From assembly GCA_027618565.1 (NCBI GenBank), contig JAQCEQ010000008.1, positions 688 to 64,687 of the forward strand: 64,000 nt of DNA, in the 5' to 3' direction. This stretch comes from Planctomycetota bacterium. Lineage in GTDB: Bacteria > Planctomycetota > Phycisphaerae > Phycisphaerales > SM1A02. Shown here in pieces: positions 51,789 through 59,197 of this stretch. Every line of letters starts with the position of its first letter. The first letter of the stretch is position 1. The position numbers and the translations under genes were made by a program. The notes beneath the pieces were generated by a model that worked only from the letters and a program-made list of their open reading frames with translations, did no database searches and had not been told where the DNA came from.

Positions 51789-53682
51789 GACCAGCGTCCC
51801 CGGTCAGGAGCCCGGCCCGGAGCCCGGTCCATCCGCGATGTCGCCGACGAAAGTGGTCCTTGGCGGGGTGGCACTCGCTGCGGTGATTGCCGGACTCTGG
51901 TGGGTCTCCCGGCCCGCGCCCACGCCCATTGACAAGCCTGAGGTTGCGCCGCCCAAGCCGAAGGATGCCACCCTCGTGCAGCCTTCGTTCATGGCCGTCA
52001 CGGGGCTTCCGGCGTGGTCGCACACCACTGGGGCCCGAGGCGAACGCCTGCTCCCGGAGACCCTCGGCGGCGGCGCCGCGATCGCTGACCTGGACAACGA
52101 TGGGGCGCTGGACATCATCCTCGCGGATGGGCTCAACTGGTCGGGCGATGCCTTTGCCAGTGCGCCATCGGCGGGGTCGACAGGTCTGCGCATCCTTCGA
52201 TCCGCTGGCGGGCCGGATGCGTCGGAGCCGCGCTTTGACGCGGTGTCGCTTGCCAATCGCCCGATCTACGCGATGGGCGTCTACGCCGTCGACTTCGACG
52301 GTGACGATCGAACGGACCTCTATGTCACTGGCGTGAAGACCCCGCACACGCCGGGACATCTGCTGCTTCGCAACGTGACGCCACCCGGCGGCACGATTGC
52401 CTTTGAGGATGTCACCGAGGCTCGCGGCCTCACCACCGAGCCCGGGTGGGGCACAGCCGCGGTCTGGTTTGACGCCGATCTTGACGGAGACCTGGACCTA
52501 CTCACGGCGCAGTACGTGAAGTGGAGCCCGGAGATCGACCGAAGCGTTGGGTACACGCTCACCGGCGTCGGTCGTTCCTATGGCCCGCCCACGGGTTTTG
52601 AGGGCGCAGACCCGATTTTCTATCGACAGCAGGCGGACGGCTCCTTCGTGGATGACACGACGAGTGCCGGCTTCATCGTGCGCAACCGCGCCACTGGCGT
52701 CCCCGTCGGCAAGACCCTTGGCGCCATCGCGACCGACATCGACGGAGACGGTGACCAGGATGTCGTGCTGGCCAACGACACGGTGGCCAACTTCGTCTTC
52801 CTCAACGATGGCCAGGGGCGATTCATGGAGTCCGGAGTCTCCACCGGAATCGCGTTTGACAAGATGGGCGCAGCAACGGGCGCGATGGGGATCGACTCAG
52901 CCGTCATCGTGGATGAACGAGCAGCATCCGACACCGCTAAGGCGCGCCCCGGCAAGCTGGCCATCGCCATCGGCAACTTCGCCAACGAGCCCGATTCCTT
53001 TTTTACGTCGCCCACCGGGCGACTGCAATTCACCGACGACGCCATCCTCTGCGGCGTGGGAGTCCCCACCCGGCGCGTGTTGACCTTTGGGCTACTCCTG
53101 GAGGATGTCAATCAGGACGGCGCGCTGGATGTGGTCCAGTCCAATGGCCATCTGGAGCCCGAGATCGGCGTGGTGCAAGCGGGCCAGGAGTTCCACCAGC
53201 CTGGCCAGGTGCTGCTGCAATCACCGGGCAGGGGCATGTTCCAGCTTGCGCAACCCGAGGCGCACGGTGCCGTGGGTGCGAAGCGTGTGGGGCGCGGATT
53301 GGCATCGGGCGACCTGAACGCAGACGGTGCCGTCGATTTTGTCTTCACCTCCAACGCCGGCGCGGCGGAGGTCATCCTCGGACAGACTTCCGGCCTGCCG
53401 GGCGGCCAGGTCATCGTGGTGTCTGGCCAGGGAGCGATGGGGAATCGTCAGGGACTGGGTGCCCTGCTGGTCGCAACGCTCCAGGATGGCTCTACGCGCC
53501 TCCGGTCCATAGCACCCCATCGGGGCTATCTCTCTTCCAGCGAGCCCGTGGCACGGCTCGTGCTGGCTCCTGGAGAATCGATCCGATCGCTCACGTTGAG
53601 GTGGCCCGACGGGGTGGAGCAGGTCCTTGAAGTGCCAGCGCGCTCGGCACCAACGGCGTTGATCACCGCAACGCGAGACTGA
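51781..53682 (+). CDS. CRTAC1-family protein (FG-GAP/VCBS repeats + ASPIC/UnbV)
   Basis: ATG at 51781 overlaps the cytochrome gene by 8 nt. TM anchor, ADLDNDGALDIILADG, VDFDGDDRTDLYV, DADLDGDLDLL, TDIDGDGDQDVVLAND, NQDGALDVV, GDLNADGAVDFVF, and a UnbV-like C-terminus (NRQGLGALLVATLQDGS...LRWPDG). Confidence 0.85.
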   Translation: MSETSVPGQEPGPEPGPSAMSPTKVVLGGVALAAVIAGLWWVSRPAPTPIDKPEVAPPKPKDATLVQPSFMAVTGLPAWSHTTGARGERLLPETLGGGAAIADLDNDGALDIILADGLNWSGDAFASAPSAGSTGLRILRSAGGPDASEPRFDAVSLANRPIYAMGVYAVDFDGDDRTDLYVTGVKTPHTPGHLLLRNVTPPGGTIAFEDVTEARGLTTEPGWGTAAVWFDADLDGDLDLLTAQYVKWSPEIDRSVGYTLTGVGRSYGPPTGFEGADPIFYRQQADGSFVDDTTSAGFIVRNRATGVPVGKTLGAIATDIDGDGDQDVVLANDTVANFVFLNDGQGRFMESGVSTGIAFDKMGAATGAMGIDSAVIVDERAASDTAKARPGKLAIAIGNFANEPDSFFTSPTGRLQFTDDAILCGVGVPTRRVLTFGLLLEDVNQDGALDVVQSNGHLEPEIGVVQAGQEFHQPGQVLLQSPGRGMFQLAQPEAHGAVGAKRVGRGLASGDLNADGAVDFVFTSNAGAAEVILGQTSGLPGGQVIVVSGQGAMGNRQGLGALLVATLQDGSTRLRSIAPHRGYLSSSEPVARLVLAPGESIRSLTLRWPDGVEQVLEVPARSAPTALITATRD

Positions 53683-53711
53683 CCCGCACGGCTCCGCCGG
53701 GGATCGCCATG

Positions 53712-53743
53712 AAAAAAGGGCGAGCCTCTGAGGAGGCCCGCCC
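53712..53743 (-). terminator. Intrinsic terminator of the minus-strand FG-GAP gene (also ends the convergent plus-strand operon)
   Basis: On the minus strand GGGCGGGCCTC-CTCA-GAGGCTCGCCC (one mismatch) is followed by TTTTTTC. It lies 27 nt after the TAA at 53770-53772. Confidence 0.8.
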
Positions 53744-53769
53744 TGTGTGGCAATCACTTCAACTCAGCC

Positions 53770-56280
53770 TTACGGACAGGCGCTGCCGAAGACGCTCAGG
53801 AGCGCCGCAAGATCAGACCCGTCGGTGGTGCCGTTGCCGTCGATGTCGCCGCCAGCAGTCCCCCAGCCGGCGAGGAGACCGCCAAGGTCGGCGCCGTCGA
53901 TTACTCCGTCACCGGTGATGTCGGCAGGGCATGGCGTGCCCGAGTCGCACTGGACCTGGGAGACCGTGATGTCGTCGATTGCCGCTTCCGTCACGGAGTC
54001 GTTGGGGTTGTCGCCGATGACGAAGCGGAGCCGGAACGACTGGCCCGGGGTGCCGCCGCTGGAGAGTGTGAAGGACCGCTCCGTCCAGCCTCCCGAGCCC
54101 GTCATGCTCTGGACCGTGACCCATGCACCGTCGCCGATGGACACTTGCGTGAGCAGCGAGTCGGCAGACGTTGGGCTCGCTGCATCGTCGCAGTAAATCC
54201 AGGACCAGTAGGTCACCAGGGCGTCGCCGCCACCATTCGCAATCGCAGAGGAAGTGAGGTGGGTCGGCCCGAGGTCCACATCGCTGGCGCCCGCAGTGCT
54301 CCCAGCTGGTCCGGGGTAGGTGACAAAGCACTGCGTCCCCGAGGCTGTGTGATCGTTGCTTGGCTCAGCCGTGGCGCCGCTGGTGGTGACCGTGCCATTG
54401 GGATCGGCCCGCGCCCAAGCACCCACGCTCAGCGATGGATCACTGGTCACGGTGAAGCCGGCATCGCCGGACTCGAAGTCGGTGGCGAAGATCGTTGTCG
54501 TGCCGGTGGCGACGGTCATCGAGTACGGGTTGTTGGCTCCGCCAGTTGGCGCGACATAGATCGTTGAGCCGCCATTGGAGAGTTGTCCCGAGACATAGAA
54601 GTCAAGGCCGTCGCCGCAGGAGACGATGGGAAGCGTCGCACGGTAGTTGTTCCCGCCGGTGGAGACCAACGGCGCAGCCACCCACGCTCCGTGGTTGATG
54701 CGTGTGTGTTGCTGGGCGTTGAGGAGCGTTCCACCGCCGGCGATGGCCGCGCTGACGTCCACCGGAACGGCCTGGGCGGGTGCCACGGTCGACGGCACTC
54801 CCGCGGGGAAGGTGAACGCCAGGCTGAGCGGCGGCTGATTCATCCAGACGCGTACGCCGGAGCAGGCTCCGGACACCACGTCCAGCCAGCCGTCGCCGTT
54901 GAGGTCGAAGATCGCGACATCGAACCACGCAGCAAGCGCGCTGTTGGGGATGACATTGCCCTCCTCGACCAGCATGCCGGACGTCGTGACATTCTTGTTG
55001 TGGTAGATGTGCGTCCGGCGACCCGTGGTCGGGCAGAACGATGGCAAGTCGGCATCGACATCGACGATGATGCAATCGGGCCGGCCGTCCTTGTCCAGGT
55101 CATCGCAGTGGATGGCGTTGCCGAACTCACCGACAGCGCCGGTGAGGTTGTAGCCCGTCACCGTGATCTGTTCGTTGGCTTGCGTGCTGGTATTGATCCA
55201 GTATTTGTCGACGCCATCGTTGGCATCCACGATGTCCAGCCGACCGTCGCCGTTGAGGTCGCTGATCGCAAATTCGTAGGGCGTGCCGGTAATCAGGTCA
55301 TGTGGACCGATAAAGGCATTGCCGGGGCTTCCGCCGGAGTTCGTGTTGTAGATGATCCCGGTCGCTTGCCCCCCCGTCAGCGTGTTGGTCCGGATGATGT
55401 CCAGGAGCCCGTCGCCGTTCATGTCGGCGATTTCGGCAGCGTTGCCGAAGCCCGCGGCGAGCTGCGCAGAGGTTGCGCGCGAGGTGGTGCTATCGGTGAA
55501 ATGTCCGGGGTTGGCGGCTCCCTGGTTGATGAGGAGCTTGTTCTGGTAGTCGTTTGTTGAGCTCTCGCCCGGCGACTGCTGGCATTCTCCGGCATCGTTG
55601 GTGTCACCATCTCCATTGAGGTCGATGCACACCGTGCCGCTGGTCTCCGGCGTGTCGTAGTCGGCGAAGAAGAGGTCGGGGTAGCCGTCGCCAGTGAGGT
55701 CGCCAAAGGCAAACTCGCAGAAGCGGGGGTTGGCCGCAGTGCCGTTCGCCGCAAACAGCGTAGGGATCCGGTTATCCTCGAATCGGAAGCCCAGCCAGTT
55801 GCCCTGGGCATCGTCGCCGCGGTTCATGTACACACGCGGCTGACCGAGGTATTGCGGCAGGCCGTCGGACATCGTGGTGCAGGTGACGAGGTCCAGCCAT
55901 CCGTCCAGGTCCACATCGACGGCCTTGACATCGCGGTCGTTCGTGGCGTCCAGGAATCCCTGCGATCCGGCGTAGTCCGACGCGGTGGCAAGCGCCACGG
56001 TCCGGTCCACCAGGACACCGCCCTCGTTCATGAGGAGGTTGTTGGGGAAGCCACCCTGGATCGAGCCGGGGAACTTCTTCACCATGACCAGATCGATGTC
56101 GCCATCGTGGTCCCAGTCGCCGAAGGTGAAGTCCTTCTCCAGGTTGTCGGCGTTTTGGAGCGATGCCGGGCTCAGGCGGCTGGCAGACTCGTTGGCGAGC
56201 GTCACCCACTCGCCGAAGGCGGTGGAGCCAACGGTCAGGGCGGCGAGACACATGGCAAAGACGGTTGCTGGTCGGATCAT
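53770..56280 (-). CDS. Secreted FG-GAP/VCBS-repeat protein with MAM-like domain and C-terminal twin dockerin-like module
   Basis: Signal peptide, multiple DxDxDG loops (GDWDHDGDIDLVMV, VDLDGWLDLV, GDLTGDGYPDLFFAD, ADMNGDGLLDII, SDLNGDGRLDIV, DLNGDGWLDVV), a segment EPSNDHTASGTQCFVT...AAIDDITV homologous to the paralog pair at 10-15 kb, and the tail ADITGDGVIDGADLGGLLAGWG...DIDGNGTTDGSDLAALLSVFG. Confidence 0.8.
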   Translation of the reverse strand: MIRPATVFAMCLAALTVGSTAFGEWVTLANESASRLSPASLQNADNLEKDFTFGDWDHDGDIDLVMVKKFPGSIQGGFPNNLLMNEGGVLVDRTVALATASDYAGSQGFLDATNDRDVKAVDVDLDGWLDLVTCTTMSDGLPQYLGQPRVYMNRGDDAQGNWLGFRFEDNRIPTLFAANGTAANPRFCEFAFGDLTGDGYPDLFFADYDTPETSGTVCIDLNGDGDTNDAGECQQSPGESSTNDYQNKLLINQGAANPGHFTDSTTSRATSAQLAAGFGNAAEIADMNGDGLLDIIRTNTLTGGQATGIIYNTNSGGSPGNAFIGPHDLITGTPYEFAISDLNGDGRLDIVDANDGVDKYWINTSTQANEQITVTGYNLTGAVGEFGNAIHCDDLDKDGRPDCIIVDVDADLPSFCPTTGRRTHIYHNKNVTTSGMLVEEGNVIPNSALAAWFDVAIFDLNGDGWLDVVSGACSGVRVWMNQPPLSLAFTFPAGVPSTVAPAQAVPVDVSAAIAGGGTLLNAQQHTRINHGAWVAAPLVSTGGNNYRATLPIVSCGDGLDFYVSGQLSNGGSTIYVAPTGGANNPYSMTVATGTTTIFATDFESGDAGFTVTSDPSLSVGAWARADPNGTVTTSGATAEPSNDHTASGTQCFVTYPGPAGSTAGASDVDLGPTHLTSSAIANGGGDALVTYWSWIYCDDAASPTSADSLLTQVSIGDGAWVTVQSMTGSGGWTERSFTLSSGGTPGQSFRLRFVIGDNPNDSVTEAAIDDITVSQVQCDSGTPCPADITGDGVIDGADLGGLLAGWGTAGGDIDGNGTTDGSDLAALLSVFGSACP

Positions 56281-56382
56281 CGATCTCGGTCTCGTTTGTG
56301 GAGTGGGGTGAGGAGTCTGGAGTCGTGGATCAGTGGGAAACCGTTTCCCTCAAGTCGTCAATGGTGCAGAGTAGTCGGTCAT

Positions 56383-58041
56383 TCATGAGCAGGGGCCCCA
56401 AGCGGAGAGCATTTGGGCCAGATCCTGGCCGTCGACCGTTCCATTCCCATCAATGTCCGCGTCCGCGCCGCCCCAGCTGCTCAGGAGCGTGGCGAGGTCG
56501 GAGCCGTCCACGGCGCCGTTGCCGTCCAGATCGGCCGGGCAGGTGGCGCAGGAATCGAGGATGCCGTCGCCGTTGGAGTCGAGCGATGAATCCAAGGCGA
56601 TGTCAATCGCGTCGGGCACAGAGTTCGAGTCGCAATCGTCGGATGGGCCTTCCCAGGCGGCAAGGAATGCTGCCGCGTCAACGAAGTTAATCACTCCGTC
56701 TCGATTGATGTCGTGCACGGCGCACGGCTGGTCCGGGTCGGTTGGCCCTTCGCACGCCACAAAGTCATTGAAGTCCACGATGTCGATGACGCCGGTGAAG
56801 TCCGCATCAAACTCCAGCCGGCCAAGTGATCGGAGGAAGGCGACGAGCTGCGCCTTCTGCGCAGGCCCCAGCGCAGCGAACCCGGCAGCCGACGCCGCGC
56901 CCTCGCCAAACGGGCCGTGGGCCTCGATCGTGGCAGTCACGCGGTCCGCGAAGATGCCGCCCGCCACGCGACCATCGTGGAGCATGAGGTCGCGTGTGGC
57001 CAGGTTCCAGAGGACTGGCGTGCGGAACTCAAACTCGTTGGCATCACCCTGCTGGATGCCGTCGGCCAGCGTTCCCATGTCGTGCAGGAGGAAGTCGCTG
57101 TAGATCCTGGCGCTCTGGTTCCGGAGCGCGGGCTCCAGGTTGGGGTCATCAGGAGTCTGCCAGTCCCGAACATGGCACTTGGCACAGCCAATCTGGTTGA
57201 AGATCGTCTCACCCATCATGCCCGATAGGGGTGTCTGCGGTGGCATGCCGAGGTAACGCTGGAAGTGAGTCACTCGCTCGATGAAGGTGTACCCCGCAGC
57301 GTCAGGAACATCTTCGGGATCCGGAGCGATGTCGCACTGTGCGAGGAGGCTGTAGTCGCCATTCGGCGGGTTTTCCGTAGGCACCAGGCTGTTGGTGAAT
57401 CCCATCTCGTTTCGGGTGGCGTCACCGGAAAAGGAGAAGAGCGTGGCGACCTGGGCCTTCCAGCCAAAGCGTCCCGGTCGAAGTCCGCCGGTCGGATCTT
57501 CAAGCACTTCCACATAGTGGACCTTGCCGGAGATGCCGTCGCCGTCGCTGTCGGTCGGGTCGGCGTTGGCGACGATGTCAGCATCAGCGATCGAATCAAC
57601 GATGCCAAACGCGAGAGAGCTGTTGGTGACACGCAAGGAAACGACCGTGGCGTCCGCGGGGAGGATCTCCTTGCACGATGGGCTGATCGACTCTGCCTGG
57701 AGGAGCGATTGGACCTCACCGGGGTATTCAAAAAACTCGCCCTTCTTGTCCAGGCCAAATCGCGTCACCGTGATCGACCCCCACCCACCCGTCGGCACCG
57801 AATGGCACGACTGGCAGTTGGTCTTGTTGAAGATCGGGCCCAAGCCTTGTTCAATCGTTGGCGGAGTGGCAAACAAGACTTTTCCCACCTCAAAGAGCGC
57901 CAGTTCCTCCGGGCTCAATCCCTGCAAGGGAGCGCCCGCCTTGGGCTGCAGCGTGGATCCGCCGGCTTGGGCGAGAGCGATGCTCGCGACGGGCATGGCG
58001 AGGATGGAAGCGAGCGAAAGCAGTCGCGGGGTGAACAACAT
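56383..58041 (-). CDS. Di-heme oxidoreductase (DUF1111 family) fused to EF-hand/dockerin-like C-terminal modules
   Basis: Signal peptide, CQSCH and CAKCH heme motifs, GRFGWKAQVATL family motif, and the C-terminus DINRDGVINFVD..., DLDGNGAVDGSDLATLLSSWGGADADIDGNGTVDGQDLAQMLSAWG. Confidence 0.8.
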   Translation of the reverse strand: MLFTPRLLSLASILAMPVASIALAQAGGSTLQPKAGAPLQGLSPEELALFEVGKVLFATPPTIEQGLGPIFNKTNCQSCHSVPTGGWGSITVTRFGLDKKGEFFEYPGEVQSLLQAESISPSCKEILPADATVVSLRVTNSSLAFGIVDSIADADIVANADPTDSDGDGISGKVHYVEVLEDPTGGLRPGRFGWKAQVATLFSFSGDATRNEMGFTNSLVPTENPPNGDYSLLAQCDIAPDPEDVPDAAGYTFIERVTHFQRYLGMPPQTPLSGMMGETIFNQIGCAKCHVRDWQTPDDPNLEPALRNQSARIYSDFLLHDMGTLADGIQQGDANEFEFRTPVLWNLATRDLMLHDGRVAGGIFADRVTATIEAHGPFGEGAASAAGFAALGPAQKAQLVAFLRSLGRLEFDADFTGVIDIVDFNDFVACEGPTDPDQPCAVHDINRDGVINFVDAAAFLAAWEGPSDDCDSNSVPDAIDIALDSSLDSNGDGILDSCATCPADLDGNGAVDGSDLATLLSSWGGADADIDGNGTVDGQDLAQMLSAWGPCS

Positions 58042-58179
58042 CGTGGGGGATCCAACTCCTGCTCTACATCAAGATCAGTTGGGGCTGGCTAAAGAACAAA
58101 TTCGCCATAATGGGCGTGATTCTTTACAACCTATCACTAGATTGGCGATGGGCAAGCCTGAGTACCAGAAGTGTGTGGA

Positions 58180-58207
58180 TTCACAAATGAATTCTTGTAC
58201 CTAGGAT
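58180..58207 (+). promoter_or_regulatory. Putative promoter TTCACA-N16-TAGGAT upstream of the TPR lipoprotein gene
   Basis: Lies within the 178-bp AT-rich divergent intergenic region, 12 nt before ATG 58220. Confidence 0.25.
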
Positions 58208-58219
58208 GGATCTTCTCAG

Positions 58220-59197
58220 ATGCCAGCACATCCAGCGATGAGAGTATTGCTCCTCGGCCTCACAGCCGTGGTGGGCTGTGAGGAGAAGAAACCGGGTGCC
58301 AAGGCCGTGGTCGAATCCCAAGAAGGTCCTATAACCGACGATGTGGACCTTGGTTCGATCGTCCTCGTACCAAATGACCCAGAACTCCCGCTGATCGTGA
58401 TCGGCCAGGACCAGATGCAGGTGGCGCCGAATCAGCTGGTGGTGACCGAGGGTGCGCCAACGCTGGCAGAACAGGAGCAGTTGCGGCTCTCGGTCGGTCG
58501 GCGGCTCCTTTCCGGTGGGGATTTCGCGGGTGCGGAAGTGGTCTTCCGCGCCCTGCACGCCGCTCACCCCGACCATCCGCGCGCGCTGTTCCTTCTGGGG
58601 CTCTCCATTCACAAGCAGAAGCGGTATGCAGAGGCGCGTCCGCTCCTGGAGCGTTCGGATGCGTTGGCATCGGCGTTGGACGCTGGAGTCATCGCAACGA
58701 TCTTTCCCGAGTCGCCGCATGTCCCTCACTTCTTGGGTTGGTGCACGTATTACCTTGGTGATGTAGAGGCTGCAGCGAAGTACTTCGACGCCCACATCGC
58801 CATCGTCCCGGGGGAGTTTGACAGCCAGTTCGGGAGGGGAGTGGTCGCCATCGACCAGGACGATCTTGCCGTCGCCAAGGAGCGGCTGCGTGCCGCCCTA
58901 GCGTTGCTCGGAGCGGCTGCGGACGACGCACCGGGTGGCGCCTCGCATCCACGCGACCGCGCGAAGGTCTTGGTCCGGCTGGGAGATGTGAGCCTGCGCG
59001 AAGGCGATGTGGCGTCGGCGCGGACACAGTACGAGGAAGCCGTCCACCTCTGGCCCGCGCACCATGAGGGCTGGGCCAAGCTTGCGCGCGCACTTGATCG
59101 CTTGGGGGAGGGCGATGCGGCCCAGCACGCTCGAGAGCAGCAGCAGCGAGTGCTGGAGCAACTCGGACGGGTCGCGGGGACCGGAGCCGATTCGTGA
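58220..59197 (+). CDS. TPR-repeat lipoprotein
   Basis: MRVLLLGLTAVVGC lipobox, followed by TPR-like helical pairs (...AEVVFRALHAAHPDHPRALFLLG..., ...ARTQYEEAVHLWPAHHEGWAKLA...). Confidence 0.75.
   Translation: MPAHPAMRVLLLGLTAVVGCEEKKPGAKAVVESQEGPITDDVDLGSIVLVPNDPELPLIVIGQDQMQVAPNQLVVTEGAPTLAEQEQLRLSVGRRLLSGGDFAGAEVVFRALHAAHPDHPRALFLLGLSIHKQKRYAEARPLLERSDALASALDAGVIATIFPESPHVPHFLGWCTYYLGDVEAAAKYFDAHIAIVPGEFDSQFGRGVVAIDQDDLAVAKERLRAALALLGAAADDAPGGASHPRDRAKVLVRLGDVSLREGDVASARTQYEEAVHLWPAHHEGWAKLARALDRLGEGDAAQHAREQQQRVLEQLGRVAGTGADS

Noticed and set aside
56335-56349. Palindrome GGGAAACCGTTTCCC as another copy of the CTTGAAACGGT half-site
   Set aside because: It shares only ACCGTTTC. The loop would be too small for an RNA hairpin. 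It may be a minor operator or chance palindrome between the DUF1111 and FG-GAP genes.
58143-58158. Sigma-54 promoter (TGGCGATGGGCAAGC)
   Set aside because: Only the GG and GC dinucleotides with N10 spacing match. The flanking -24/-12 consensus bases (TGGCAC / TTGCW) are poor.
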